A stretch of 64,000 nucleotides of DNA, taken from positions 32,001 to 96,000 of the forward strand of contig JBBRLQ010000001.1 of the NCBI GenBank assembly GCA_038231275.1. The letters run 5' to 3'. Of the stretch, positions 46,715-57,497 are shown one piece after another. Numbering within the stretch: position 1 is the stretch's first letter; every line of letters starts with the position of its first letter. The translations under genes were made by a program, and so were the position numbers. This stretch comes from Polyangiales bacterium (GTDB lineage: Bacteria; Myxococcota_A; Polyangia; Polyangiales; Polyangiaceae). Under the pieces are notes generated by a model. That model was not told the DNA's origin. It saw only the letters and a list, made by a program, of their open reading frames with translations, and did no database searches.

Positions 46715-48715
46715 ATGCTTCGCCGCGTCGCCGTCGTGGCCCTCGCCGCCCTCCTCGCGGCGCCGATCGTCGACGCGCAGCCCCGACCGCCGACTGCGAC
46801 GCCGACGCCGACTCCGACGCCGACGCCGACGCCGACGCCGACCTCCGTTGACCCTTCGCGCGCCGACGCGATGCGCGCGTACAACGACGCGCTCGCCCGT
46901 CGTCGCCTCGGTGGACCCGACACGCTGAACCTCGAGGACGTGCGCGCGCGCGTCGCCATCGCCGAGGCGCTCCGCCAGGACGGACGCGTCGACGAGGCGA
47001 TCGCGAAGATGACGGAGCTGGTCCTCCATCCGCGCTTCGACGCGTTCGCCGACTACGAGGACGCGCGCGCGGCGGTTTATTTGCTCGGCGACTCGCTCGC
47101 GGCGATCGGCGCGTTCGAGCCCGCGCGCGCGTACCTGCGTCGCGCGATCGTCGCGAAAGGCGCGTGGGAGGGCAACGCCACGTACGCACGACGCGCGGCG
47201 CGGCGGCTCGTCGAAATCGCGCAGGAGTCGCAGGCGTACGCCGCGGGGATCGACGATCTGAAGGACGTTCCTGCGCAGGCGCCGGACGATGCGCGCGGCG
47301 AGGTGCTCTACCTCACGGGTCGCGCAAAAGAAGCCGCAGGCGATCCCGCAGCCGCGCTCGCCGCGTACCGACAGGTCGCGCGCACGTCGCGCTGGTGGTC
47401 GCAGGCGACGTACCTGCAGGGCCTGATTCAGGTCGAACGCGGAAAATTCAAGGACGGCGAAGATCTCTTCTGCAAGGTGGCCGACCCCAAGCGCCAGGAC
47501 AAGAGCGCGCCGGTGTTCGCCGACGAGCGATTTTTCCAGGTGCGAGACCTCGCGCGCCTCGCGCTCGGGCGAATCGCCCACGAGCAAGAGCGGTTCGACG
47601 ACGCGCGCTACTACTACTACCTCGTGCCGCGCGACTCCGAGCGGCTCGCCGAGGCGCTCTACGAGGCCGCGACGACGCGCTACGAGAAGAAGGACTACGA
47701 CGGCGCGCGCGAGCTGCTCGACGATCTCTCGAAGATCAAAGTGCACCACAGGTACGAGGACGAGGCGCACGTCTTGGACGCGTACATCGACCTCGCGCGG
47801 TGCAAGTTCGCCGACGCCGACAAGAAGCTCGTCGCGTTCGTGAAGGTGTACGAGCCGGTGCGTGACGCCGCGCGGCGCGTGGCGGAGAGCGATCGCGCGA
47901 TGGCGGGGCTCCTCGCGGCGGCGCGGACCGGGAGCGACGCCGGGGGCGTTGACGTGGGCGGCGCGACGCAGAGCCCCGAGGCGATGCGGGCGGTGGCGTC
48001 ACTCGTGCGGCTCGATCCGTCGTACGGCGCGATCGTGCGAAAGCGTGCGGCGCTCGAGCGTGAGGCGAGCGGCCTTCGACTCGCCTCGACGCAGCTCGGC
48101 GACTTGTCGCGCGCGCTGGCGACCGGCGGCGGGGTGCGTCCGACGGTGACGGACGAGGGCGATCCCATCGAGCGCGCGCGCGAGGCTCGTGCGGCACTCG
48201 ACGCGGTGAAGCACCTCCTCGCGGATCTCGAGGCGTCACACGCGGCGCCCGATCGCATCGCGCAGCTTCGGCAGGAGACCGCGGCGCTCGAGGCGCGCGT
48301 CGTCGAGGCCGAGAACGCCACGACAGCGCGCGAGCAACGCGAGGCGGCGAGCGGCGCCGATCTCCCCGATCTCGTCCGCGCCGACGCCGCGCGCGCCACG
48401 CGGCTCTCGAGCGACTCGGAGGTCGCGCGGCGCGAGCTGGCGCAGACGGAGGGCGCGCTCGCCAAGGACACGCTGAAGCGGCTCGATTTGCGGCTCTCCC
48501 GCCTCCTCCGCCGCGCGCGACTCGGGAGGATCGAATCGGTCCTCGGCCGAAAGCGCGCGCTAGAGGTCGAGATCGAAGCGATCAACAACGGCTTCCTCCC
48601 ACAGAGCGCCGTCGACTCGCTCGACGCCGGTCGCTACCTCCAGGACGGCGAGGAGTACTGGCCCTTCGAAGGCGACGATTGGCCCGACGAGTTCGTCGCG
48701 GGTGACGCGCTATGA
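46715..48715 (+). CDS. TPR protein, GltC (NfsC)-like
   Basis: Signal peptide, TPRs, DLARLALGRIAHE, C-terminal EEYWPFEGDDWPDE. Confidence 0.8.
   Translation: MLRRVAVVALAALLAAPIVDAQPRPPTATPTPTPTPTPTPTPTSVDPSRADAMRAYNDALARRRLGGPDTLNLEDVRARVAIAEALRQDGRVDEAIAKMTELVLHPRFDAFADYEDARAAVYLLGDSLAAIGAFEPARAYLRRAIVAKGAWEGNATYARRAARRLVEIAQESQAYAAGIDDLKDVPAQAPDDARGEVLYLTGRAKEAAGDPAAALAAYRQVARTSRWWSQATYLQGLIQVERGKFKDGEDLFCKVADPKRQDKSAPVFADERFFQVRDLARLALGRIAHEQERFDDARYYYYLVPRDSERLAEALYEAATTRYEKKDYDGARELLDDLSKIKVHHRYEDEAHVLDAYIDLARCKFADADKKLVAFVKVYEPVRDAARRVAESDRAMAGLLAAARTGSDAGGVDVGGATQSPEAMRAVASLVRLDPSYGAIVRKRAALEREASGLRLASTQLGDLSRALATGGGVRPTVTDEGDPIERAREARAALDAVKHLLADLEASHAAPDRIAQLRQETAALEARVVEAENATTAREQREAASGADLPDLVRADAARATRLSSDSEVARRELAQTEGALAKDTLKRLDLRLSRLLRRARLGRIESVLGRKRALEVEIEAINNGFLPQSAVDSLDAGRYLQDGEEYWPFEGDDWPDEFVAGDAL
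46789..46843 (+). repeat. (ACGCCG)n tandem repeat encoding a Thr-Pro linker
   Basis: PTATPTPTPTPTPTPTPT. Confidence 0.85.
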
Positions 48716-51700
48716 GACGCCGCGCGCTCGGGCTCTCGCTCGGCATCTCGTTCGGCCTCCTCGTCACGCTCGCGTCGCCCCGCGCCGACGCCGCGCCGAA
48801 CGAACGCCCGAGCGCCGCCGCCGAGCCGTCGAAGATGAAGGCGGCCGCCGAGCGCGCGATCGGCGGAGGCGCGGTGCAAAAACCGAAGGGCGCGCGCGAC
48901 GGATCGTCGAATGCGACGGGCGCAGGCTCCCGACCGGCGGTGCGCGGCCCGAAGATCCCCGACGCCCTCCGCGAGAAGCTGCGCGTTCACCTCGACAAGC
49001 GCATCGAGCGCGACATCACCGACATCCGCGGCCTGCGCGTCGAAGCGATCGGCCTCCTCACGACCTTCATCGCCGAGACGCCGAAAGAATCGCGGGAGAT
49101 GCCCGAAGCGCTCATGCGCCTCGGCGAGCTCAAATGGGAGCTCGAACGCGAGCAGTACGTCGATCGCTTCAAGGCGTGGGAAGGCAAGCCCGTCGATCAG
49201 CGCGGCCCCGCGCCCGAGCCGAACTTCACGCCGTCGCGCGAGCTGTTTGGACGCGTGCTCAAGGACTACCCGAGCTTCGGCCAGTACGATCTCGTCCTCT
49301 ACGTCGACGGCTTCCTCGCGACCGAGCAGGGCAAGCAAGACGAGGCCATCGAGCGCTTCTCGCGCATCCTCCGCGACTGGCCACGCAGCCGCTTCGTCCC
49401 CGACGCGCACATGGCCCGCGCCGAGGCGCTCTTCAACGGCAAGTACGACTACGCGGGCGCGCTCAAGGAATACGAGGAGGTCCTCAAGTTCAAGACGAGC
49501 GAGCTGTACGGCCTGGCCCTCTTCAAGAGCGCGTGGTGCTACTGGCGCCTCAACAACACCGACGAGGCCGCCAAGCGCTTCGTCTCGGTCTTCGAGGTCA
49601 CCGACACGCAGGGCAAGACCGCGAGCGCGTCGCAGCGAAAGCAGCTCGACGAGCTTCAGAGCGAAGCTCTGAAGTATTTGGTCGAGATCTTCACGGAGGA
49701 CGAGAAGAACACCGCCGGGGACATGTACAATTTCCTCGTCAAGGTCGGCGGGGACAAGTTCGCGAGCAAGGTCGTGAAGGCGCTCGCCGAGACGTTCTAC
49801 GATCAGACGCACTACGAGCGCGGCATCGAGGCGTACGAGCTGCTCTTGAAGCTCGAGCCGACGAGCCGGGACGCCGGCACGTACGTCCTCCAGATCGCGG
49901 CCGGCTACGCGGCGATCGAGGACTACCCGAAGCTCAAAGCCACGTACGACCGCGCACTTGCAAACTACACGCAAGGCGGCTCGTGGACGCGTACCCAAGC
50001 CGATGCCGCGAACGTCGCGGCGACGCAGGCCGCGATCGAGAAGCAGCTCCGCGAGCACGCGCTGCAGCTCCACGGCAAGGCGCAGAAAGATCGCACCAGC
50101 CGCGCCGAGTACGAAGGCGCCGCCGGCCTCTACGACACGTACCTCACCAAGTTCGGGAGCGAGGCGAAGGCGTACGAGGTCCACTACAACCTCGCCGAGA
50201 TCGATTTCTACCACCTCGACAGGAACACCGACGCCGGGACGCACTACATGGCGGCCGCGCGGCAAATCCCCGACGACAAGGCAAAGTCCGAACCCCTCAA
50301 GACGTTGCGACACGACGCGATCTACAACGCGATCGCCGCGCTCGAGCGCGTGCGCCTCCAGGAGCTCGATGCGCGCAAGGGCAAGCCGGGGAGCGTGCAG
50401 GAGACCGAGACCGACAAGAAATTCGCCGAGGCCCTCGAGCTCTACGCGCAGCTCTACCCGACCGATCCCGCGCTCCCCGAGCTGCTCTTCCGGCAGGGGA
50501 AGCTCTATTACGACTACGCCGTCTACAACACGGCGGTGAAGATCTGGAGCTCGCTCCTCGAGAAGTTCCCGCAGAGCCCGTACACCGAAGGCGCCGGCGA
50601 GCTGGTCCTCGACTCGCTCAACCGCAGCAAGGACTACGAGAACGTCGAGACGTACGCCCGAAAGGTGAAGGCGCTGCCGCGCTTCCAGACGCCAGCGCAA
50701 CAGGCGCGGCTCGACGCGTTCATCGTGCAGGCGGTGTTCAAGCAGGGCGAGCAGAAGTCGCAGGCGGGCGACCATGCGGCGGCGGCGGCGGCGTATTTGC
50801 GCGCGGCCAAGGAATTTCCCAAAGATCAGCGCGCCGCGCAGGCGTGCGTGAATGCGGAGCTGGAGTCGCAGAAGGCCGGCGACGTCGTCACGTTGAAGGA
50901 GGCCGCGCAGCTGATCACCGGCAAGGACTACCGCGACAAGGCGGAGTCGCCGCAAGGCGCGTGGACGGCGGCGACGACGTTCCAGGCGATGGGCCTCTTC
51001 GCCGACGCCGCGGAGTTCCACGAGGCGATCGCGCAGCTCGCCGATCGCGAGCACCCGAACTACCAGAAATTCGAGCACGCGAAAGACGCCGGGTACAACG
51101 CGGTCGTCCTCCGCGAGGCGATCGGCGATCACGATCGCGCCGTGGCCGACGGCACGAAGTTCCTCGCCGTGCACGGCGCGAGCGCGGAGGCCGACGAGGT
51201 CGTCTTCCAGATGGGACGCGCGCATCAAAACGCGGGCCGGAACAAAGAGGCCGCGGAGCTCTACAAGCGCTACCTCGCGAAAGCGAAGAACACCGACCAC
51301 CGCGCGCAGGGGTACGTCCTCCTCGCGCAGGCGCAGCTCAAGATGAACGACGACAAGGGCGCCGAGAATTCGCTCGAGGCCGCCGTATCGATCGGCAAAC
51401 ACAAGAAGGGCGAGCTCGGGGCGGACGGAAAGTACGCCGCCGCACACGCGCGGTACATGGAGGGCGAGCGCGTCCTCGCGAAGTTCGACGGCATCCAGAT
51501 CGCCGGAGACGTGAAGCAGCTCTCGCAGCGCTTGAAGCAAAAAGCGGAGCTCCTCAAGCAAGCGTCAACCATCTTCCTCGACACGGTGTCGCTCGGCGTC
51601 GCCGAGTGGTCGACCGCCGCGCTCTACCAGATCGGCCACACGTACGAGTCGTTCGCCAAGTCGATGCGCGACGCGCCGGCGCCCGGGAACCTCTCCGAGG

Positions 51701-52050
51701 CCGACAAGGAGCTGTACACCCAGCAGATCGAAGAGTTCGTCGTTCCGATCGAGGAGAAGAGCCTCGACGCGTACGAGAACGGCTGGAAGCGCGCGGTCGA
51801 CATCGGCATCTACAACCAGTGGACCGCCAAGATGCGCGAGGCGCTGGGGCGACTGAACGGTGAGCTCTATCCGCCCTTCCGCGAGATTGGCTTCGACGTG
51901 CGCTCGCAAGGACCCGCCGCGTTTCCGCCGCTGTTCGACGCGCCACGCCGCGGCGGTCCGGCGCCGGAGGGGCCGCCGCCGAAGTTCACGATCCCGACGG
52001 CGCCGCCGCCGACCCCGACCCCGCCCAAGAAGGGTGGAGGGAAGCGATGA
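48712..52050 (+). CDS. Large TPR protein, GltD/AgmU (NfsD)-like
   Basis: 1112 aa of TPR arrays; ALFKSAWCYW; EWSTAALYQIG..APAPGNL..PIEEKSLDAY..IYNQWT. Confidence 0.82.
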   Translation: MRRRALGLSLGISFGLLVTLASPRADAAPNERPSAAAEPSKMKAAAERAIGGGAVQKPKGARDGSSNATGAGSRPAVRGPKIPDALREKLRVHLDKRIERDITDIRGLRVEAIGLLTTFIAETPKESREMPEALMRLGELKWELEREQYVDRFKAWEGKPVDQRGPAPEPNFTPSRELFGRVLKDYPSFGQYDLVLYVDGFLATEQGKQDEAIERFSRILRDWPRSRFVPDAHMARAEALFNGKYDYAGALKEYEEVLKFKTSELYGLALFKSAWCYWRLNNTDEAAKRFVSVFEVTDTQGKTASASQRKQLDELQSEALKYLVEIFTEDEKNTAGDMYNFLVKVGGDKFASKVVKALAETFYDQTHYERGIEAYELLLKLEPTSRDAGTYVLQIAAGYAAIEDYPKLKATYDRALANYTQGGSWTRTQADAANVAATQAAIEKQLREHALQLHGKAQKDRTSRAEYEGAAGLYDTYLTKFGSEAKAYEVHYNLAEIDFYHLDRNTDAGTHYMAAARQIPDDKAKSEPLKTLRHDAIYNAIAALERVRLQELDARKGKPGSVQETETDKKFAEALELYAQLYPTDPALPELLFRQGKLYYDYAVYNTAVKIWSSLLEKFPQSPYTEGAGELVLDSLNRSKDYENVETYARKVKALPRFQTPAQQARLDAFIVQAVFKQGEQKSQAGDHAAAAAAYLRAAKEFPKDQRAAQACVNAELESQKAGDVVTLKEAAQLITGKDYRDKAESPQGAWTAATTFQAMGLFADAAEFHEAIAQLADREHPNYQKFEHAKDAGYNAVVLREAIGDHDRAVADGTKFLAVHGASAEADEVVFQMGRAHQNAGRNKEAAELYKRYLAKAKNTDHRAQGYVLLAQAQLKMNDDKGAENSLEAAVSIGKHKKGELGADGKYAAAHARYMEGERVLAKFDGIQIAGDVKQLSQRLKQKAELLKQASTIFLDTVSLGVAEWSTAALYQIGHTYESFAKSMRDAPAPGNLSEADKELYTQQIEEFVVPIEEKSLDAYENGWKRAVDIGIYNQWTAKMREALGRLNGELYPPFREIGFDVRSQGPAAFPPLFDAPRRGGPAPEGPPPKFTIPTAPPPTPTPPKKGGGKR

Positions 52051-53246
52051 GCCTCGGCGCGCCTACTCGGACGCGGAGAGTCGCGAATGCGTTCGCGCTC
52101 GTGCTCGTGCTGGCGGGGTGCGGCGGCAGCAAGAAAGGTCCGACGCAAGGGCCGCAGACGACGACGGCGCTCCCTCCGGCGAACCCGCTCGCCGTCGCGA
52201 AGATGGTGCAAGGCGTCGTGGCGTCGCGCGATGCGGCCGGACGCCCGCGCGCGATCGCGCTGCTGAAAGAAGCCGTTCAGATCGATCCGTCGCTGTGGGA
52301 GGCGAAGTTCGATCTCGGCGTCGTGCTCGCGGGCGCGGGAGATCTCGCAGGCGCCGAGGATCAACTCAAGGCGGCGTCGAAGCTCGCGAAGGACGCGCCC
52401 GAGGTGGCGACCGCGCTCGCGGAGGTGCGACGAAGGCGCGGCGAGCACAAAGACGCCGCCGATGGGCTCGAAGAGTTCGTGAAGGATCACCCGAACGCCG
52501 TCGACGCGAGAACGCTCTACGCGGCGAGCTTGCGTGACTCCGGACAGCTCGAGAAGGCGATCAAAGAAGCGCGCGAGGTGCTCGTACGAAAGCCCGGCGA
52601 TGCGTCGGCCCTCGCCGAGCTCGCGCTGTGCCACCTCGCGAAGGGAGAGCGCGACACCGCGGCGCTGCTCGCGCGTCAGGCGCTCGACGCGAACCCGAGC
52701 TCCGCCGTCGCGGAACGCGCGACGGGTCTGATCTTGCTCCAGCAAGGCGACGACGCGCAGGCGTTCCAGGCCTTCTCGAAGGCGTCGCAAGCGGATCCGC
52801 GCGACACGACGGCGCGCCTCAACATGGGGACGGTGCTCCTGCGCGCCGGCGCGTACGCGAAGGCGAGCGAGCAGTTCCGCGCGATCCTCCAGGTGTCGCC
52901 CGAGGACACGAGCGCGCAGGTGGGTCTCGCGGCGGCGCTGCGCGGCGAGGCCGAGCCGAAGACCGGCGCCGCGAAGCTCGAAGAGGCACGGCAGCTGCTC
53001 GACAAGGTGCTCGACAAGGATCCTCACCACGTGAGCGCGCTCTTCAACTCGGGCGTCCTGTACGCGGATTTCTTGAAGAAGCCGGGCGAGGCAAAGACGT
53101 ACTTCTCGCGCTTCCTGTCGGACGCACCGAACGATCATCCCGCGCGCCCCGAGGCGGAGCGCTACATGAGCATGGTGAGCGCCGCGGCGAGCGCAAAGGC
53201 AGACAGGCCGGACAAGCCGGACAAGCCGGACGGGAAGAAGCCATGA
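52047..53246 (+). CDS. TPR lipoprotein, GltE/AglT (NfsE)-like
   Basis: VLAGC lipobox, TPRs, ARLNMG, ALFNSGVLY. Confidence 0.8.
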   Translation: MSLGAPTRTRRVANAFALVLVLAGCGGSKKGPTQGPQTTTALPPANPLAVAKMVQGVVASRDAAGRPRAIALLKEAVQIDPSLWEAKFDLGVVLAGAGDLAGAEDQLKAASKLAKDAPEVATALAEVRRRRGEHKDAADGLEEFVKDHPNAVDARTLYAASLRDSGQLEKAIKEAREVLVRKPGDASALAELALCHLAKGERDTAALLARQALDANPSSAVAERATGLILLQQGDDAQAFQAFSKASQADPRDTTARLNMGTVLLRAGAYAKASEQFRAILQVSPEDTSAQVGLAAALRGEAEPKTGAAKLEEARQLLDKVLDKDPHHVSALFNSGVLYADFLKKPGEAKTYFSRFLSDAPNDHPARPEAERYMSMVSAAASAKADRPDKPDKPDGKKP

Positions 53247-53677
53247 TCCGGAAGAGCCGCGTCGCACTCTTCGTCGTCCTCGCCGGCCTGAGCGCCAGCG
53301 TGTGCGGTCTCTCGACGCTCGCGTCCGCGCAGCCCAAGCGCAAGCCGCCCGCGGGCGCGACGAAGAAGCCGACGAAGGACGCGGGCGTGGAGGCCGACCT
53401 CGACGCGTCAGCGCCGATCACTGCGCGCGCGGAGAGCACAGCGGCGGGACAGGCCGCGAACGCGCGGGAGAAGGACTCCGGCATCGTCGAGGCGCGCACG
53501 CTCGACGGCGGCGCGCGCGTCTTCCGATTCGGCGAGGTCGAGATCGAAGGCCGCCTACGGAGCCCTCAGCTCGTCTACTTCCTGCGACGTGTGCGCGCAG
53601 AGTTCGCCGCGGGAGATCTCGGCCACCGTACGTTCATGCGGGAACTTTCCGATACCAGGAGAGATCCAAGCTTCTGA
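53243..53677 (+). CDS. GltF/CglF (NfsF)-like small secreted protein
   Basis: Signal peptide; FRFGEVEIEGRLRSPQLVYFLRR..RTFMREL. Confidence 0.75.
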   Translation: MIRKSRVALFVVLAGLSASVCGLSTLASAQPKRKPPAGATKKPTKDAGVEADLDASAPITARAESTAAGQAANAREKDSGIVEARTLDGGARVFRFGEVEIEGRLRSPQLVYFLRRVRAEFAAGDLGHRTFMRELSDTRRDPSF

Positions 53678-53708
53678 GTCGCCGCGTTCGGCTACACTCG
53701 GAGGAGCC

Positions 53709-55124
53709 ATGGCCGCTGCCGTATCGCTGGTGCGCCCCCAGAATTTGCGTGTCGCCGCTGTGTGGGGCACCACGGTCGTCGCCCTCAAGACGCTGAAGCG
53801 CGGCGAGTCGTTCGCGCTCGGCGACGGCCCCGGCGCGGTCTTGCCGCTGCCCGACGGGCTCGAGATGACGCCGACGCCGGTCCGCGCGGCGCAAGGCGGT
53901 TGGGAGCTCGACCCGCGCGGCGCGATCGCCGGGATGATGCGCCTGCGCGGCCGCTCCGAGGACCCCGTCCAGCTCGCGAAGGCCGGGCAGCCGATCGCCG
54001 TGATGCCGGGCGATTACGGCCTCATGCAGTACGGCCTCTTCTCGGTCTTCTTCCAGTACACGACGCCGGCCGACGAGATCAAAAGCGCGTTCGGCATCGA
54101 GCTGCTCACCGTCCTCGCGCTCTTCTCGAGCGCGGTGTTCCACGTCGGAATGCTCGGCATGCTGCGCACACTGATGACGCCGCCGCCGCTCAATAAGCCC
54201 CTCGAGCTCACGAACCCCGACGAGTACGCGGCGCGCTTCGGTCTGCATCGCGCGACGATCGAAGAGCCGCCGCCGCCGACCGCACAAGCCGACGACAAGG
54301 GCGGCAGCGGCGTGAAGGATCCCGGCGCGCAGGACAAGAAGCCGCAAGGCGGCGGGCAGAAGATGCCGGATCCCGCGGGAAAGCTCGGCCTCAAAGGGGA
54401 TCAGAAGGACACGCAGCTCCCCGGTGACATTCGCCCGGCCGCGAAGCTCGGTGGCCTCTCCGACGTCCTCAACGACGAGACCGGCGAAGAGATCCGTCAC
54501 ACGCTCAAGACGATCGACAGCGTGGCGAGCGCGCTCAGCGGCCTCAACAGCCAGAACCTCGTCCTCGGCGGCGGGCCGGGCACCGCGCTCAAAGGAGCGG
54601 GCGGCGGCGGCGGCGGAAACACCAACGGCGTCGCGTTCGGCTCGGGCACGCTCAACACCGGATGGGGCCCTGGAAACGGCGGAGGCTACGGCGCCGGCAA
54701 CGGCGGACCGGGCGGGCGCGGACAAGGCGGCGCAGGTGGTGGCGGCGCGGGTGGCGGCGGCGGCGTGGGGAACGGCAAGGGTCCCGGCGAGCGCGCGGTC
54801 GGAGTCGCCGCGGCCCCAGGGCGATCGTCGGGCGGACTCTCGCCCGAGCAAGTGCGGCGCGTCGTGATGAGCCACCTCGGCGGCGTGCGCGCCTGCTACG
54901 AGACCGAAGCGCAGCGGAACCCCAACTTGTCCGGCGGCGTCACCGTCGCGTGGCAGATCGATCCGGGCGGCGGCGTCTCGAGCGCCAACGTCGCGTCGAC
55001 CACGCTGAGCAACGCGCGCGTCGAGGGCTGCCTCCTCCGCCAGGTGCGCGGCTGGAAATTCCCGACAAGCGAGACACCGACGACCGTGGCCGGCTATCCG
55101 TTCAAGTTCGCCGTCGGCGGCTGA
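53709..55124 (+). CDS. GltG/PglI (AgmX/PglI C-terminal, TonB-like) inner-membrane protein
   Basis: Degenerate FHA-like N-terminus, one TM (SSAVFH), Gly-rich linker, GLSPEQVRRVV..RACYE..PNLSG..VEGC..WKFP..YPFKF. Confidence 0.88.
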   Translation: MAAAVSLVRPQNLRVAAVWGTTVVALKTLKRGESFALGDGPGAVLPLPDGLEMTPTPVRAAQGGWELDPRGAIAGMMRLRGRSEDPVQLAKAGQPIAVMPGDYGLMQYGLFSVFFQYTTPADEIKSAFGIELLTVLALFSSAVFHVGMLGMLRTLMTPPPLNKPLELTNPDEYAARFGLHRATIEEPPPPTAQADDKGGSGVKDPGAQDKKPQGGGQKMPDPAGKLGLKGDQKDTQLPGDIRPAAKLGGLSDVLNDETGEEIRHTLKTIDSVASALSGLNSQNLVLGGGPGTALKGAGGGGGGNTNGVAFGSGTLNTGWGPGNGGGYGAGNGGPGGRGQGGAGGGGAGGGGGVGNGKGPGERAVGVAAAPGRSSGGLSPEQVRRVVMSHLGGVRACYETEAQRNPNLSGGVTVAWQIDPGGGVSSANVASTTLSNARVEGCLLRQVRGWKFPTSETPTTVAGYPFKFAVGG

Positions 55125-55173
55125 CCGTAGGCTGACCGTAGCGGCGGGGCGACGGCGAAGGTACCGTCGCCGG

Positions 55174-57471
55174 ATGAGGAGCCTCGTCCCCTTCGCCATG
55201 GCGCTCGCCCTCGCGGCGTGCGCAGAGAGCCCTGCGCCTCCGCCCGCGGGTCCGAATCGACCGCTCCTTCGCGTGCTCGCCGGCGACGCGAAGACGAATG
55301 CGCCGAGCGACGCGGCAGGCGGGGCGATCGCGCCTGCGCCTCCCAAGGTCGATCGCGAGTTCGTGCGTCGCCTCGCGCTCACGAAGAATTTCCAGCTCGG
55401 CAACCCCGTCAACGCGACGCCGACGCCCGACGGCAAATCGGTCCTCTTTCTCCGCGCCACGGCGCGCGACAAGTCGCAGTCGCTCTACGAGATCGACGTC
55501 GCCAAGGGCCGCTCGAAGGAGCTGCTCACGCCTGCCGCGGTCGCCAAGGGACCCGAGACGCTCTCTGCCGAAGAGCGCGCGCGGCGCGAGCGAATGCGCG
55601 TAACGACCTCCGGCTTCACGTCGTTCGAGATCTCGAAGGACGGGGCGCGCGTCCTCGTCACGCTGAGCGGCAAGCTCTTCGTCCTCACGCGCGCGACCGG
55701 CGCCGTGAAGGAGCTCAAGACCGGCGAAGGCGCCGCGATCGATCCGCACCTGTCACCCGACGGCAAGCGCGTCGCGTACGTGCGCGGCGCCGACGTCTTC
55801 GCGGTGAGCACGGAGGACGATCGTCCCGAGATCGCCGTCACCAAGGGCGGCACCGCGACACGCACGCACGGCCTCGCCGAGTTCGTCGCGCAAGAAGAGC
55901 TGGAGAGGTTCCGCGGCTTCTGGTGGTCCCCCGACGGCTCCAAGATCGTCTACGAAGAGGCCGACACGTCGAAGGTCGACGCGATCGCGATCCCCGACGT
56001 TCTCCACCCCGACCGGGACGTCGAGCGCACGCGCTACCCTAGGCCCGGTCGCCCCAACGCCGACGTGCGCCTCGGCATCGTCGCGTCGACCGGCGGCGCG
56101 ACGCAATGGATCACGTGGGATCGCGAGAAGCTCCCGTACGTCGCCACGGTGACCTGGGAGAAATCGCAGCTCGCCGTGTACGCGCTGGGACGTGCGCAGA
56201 AGGACGCTGCGCTCCTCGCCGTCCATCCGAAGAGCGGCAAGACGACGGCCCTGCTGACGGAGCACGACGAGGCGTGGGTCAACGTGGATCCGAGCGTGCC
56301 GCACTTCCTGCCGGACGGCCGCTTCCTCTGGTCCACCGAGCGCGGCGGCGACTGGGCCCTCGAGCTGCGCGGCGCGAAGGGCGAAGCCGGGACGACGCTC
56401 TTCGCGAAGGGCTACCGCGAGCTGGTCGACGTCGACGACGCGCGCGGTCGCGTGAGCGTCGTCATCGGCGACGAGCCGCAGCAGTCACGCGTGGATAGCA
56501 TCGCGCTCACCGGCGGTCCGACGCGCCTCGTCATCGAGCTGCCGGACGGCACGGTCGGCGCGCGCTTCGGCGATCAGCACGACGTGTTCGTCTCGCGAAC
56601 GACCTGGCGCAACGCGCCGCCGCGCTGGTACGTGCACGATCTCGAGGGGAAGAACCCCGTCTCGATCCCGACCGTCGCCGAGGATCCCGGCGTCGTCCCA
56701 CAGCCCGAGGTCGTCGCGGTCGGCCCCGACGGCGTGCGCGTCGCGATCCTCCGTCCGCAGACGTTCGACAAGTCGCGAAAGTACCCGGTGCTCGATGCCG
56801 CGTACGGCGGACCGCACCACAACCAGGTCGCGCTCTCGTCGTCGGGCTACCTTCGCGATCAATGGATCGCCGACGCCACCGGCGCGATCGTCGTCCTCAT
56901 CGACGCGCGCGGCACGATGTTCCGCGGCCGCGCGTGGGAGCGCGCGCTCAAAGACCAGATCGGGCACGTGCCGCTCGACGGCCACGTCGCGACGCTCGAG
57001 GCGCTCGGCAAGCGGTTCCCCGAGATGGACATGACGCGCGTGGGAATCTACGGCGGCTCCTTCGGCGGCTACCTCTCGGCGCTCGGCGTGCTGGCGCGTC
57101 CCGACGTGTACAAGGTCGCCGTCGCCATCGCCCCTGTCGTCGACTGGCGCGACTACGACACCTGCTACACGGAGCGGTACCTCGGTCTCCCCGACGCGAA
57201 CAAGGAGGCCTACGACGCCGCCTCGCTCCTCACCTACGCGACGCCGAAGAAGGACGCGCCGATCCGCCCGCTCCTCCTCGTCCACGGCACCGCCGACGAC
57301 AACGTGCACTATACACACAGCATGAAGCTCGTCGATGCGATGGAGCGCGTGGGAAGGCCCTTCGAGCTGCTCCCGCTCGTCGGCATCACGCACCTCCCCT
57401 ACGAGCCGGTCATGGCCGAAGCGCTGTGGACGAAGGCCGCCGAGTTCTTGCGCGCCGGCCTCGTCCGCTGA
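55174..57471 (+). CDS. S9B dipeptidyl peptidase IV family lipoprotein
   Basis: AEFVAQEEL, FWWSPDG, YGGP, GGSFGG (Ser), YDTCYTERYLG, HGTADDNVH, His near C-terminus. Confidence 0.95.
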   Translation: MRSLVPFAMALALAACAESPAPPPAGPNRPLLRVLAGDAKTNAPSDAAGGAIAPAPPKVDREFVRRLALTKNFQLGNPVNATPTPDGKSVLFLRATARDKSQSLYEIDVAKGRSKELLTPAAVAKGPETLSAEERARRERMRVTTSGFTSFEISKDGARVLVTLSGKLFVLTRATGAVKELKTGEGAAIDPHLSPDGKRVAYVRGADVFAVSTEDDRPEIAVTKGGTATRTHGLAEFVAQEELERFRGFWWSPDGSKIVYEEADTSKVDAIAIPDVLHPDRDVERTRYPRPGRPNADVRLGIVASTGGATQWITWDREKLPYVATVTWEKSQLAVYALGRAQKDAALLAVHPKSGKTTALLTEHDEAWVNVDPSVPHFLPDGRFLWSTERGGDWALELRGAKGEAGTTLFAKGYRELVDVDDARGRVSVVIGDEPQQSRVDSIALTGGPTRLVIELPDGTVGARFGDQHDVFVSRTTWRNAPPRWYVHDLEGKNPVSIPTVAEDPGVVPQPEVVAVGPDGVRVAILRPQTFDKSRKYPVLDAAYGGPHHNQVALSSSGYLRDQWIADATGAIVVLIDARGTMFRGRAWERALKDQIGHVPLDGHVATLEALGKRFPEMDMTRVGIYGGSFGGYLSALGVLARPDVYKVAVAIAPVVDWRDYDTCYTERYLGLPDANKEAYDAASLLTYATPKKDAPIRPLLLVHGTADDNVHYTHSMKLVDAMERVGRPFELLPLVGITHLPYEPVMAEALWTKAAEFLRAGLVR

Positions 57472-57497
57472 TCCGCTGATCCGCTTGCTCTGGAGCG

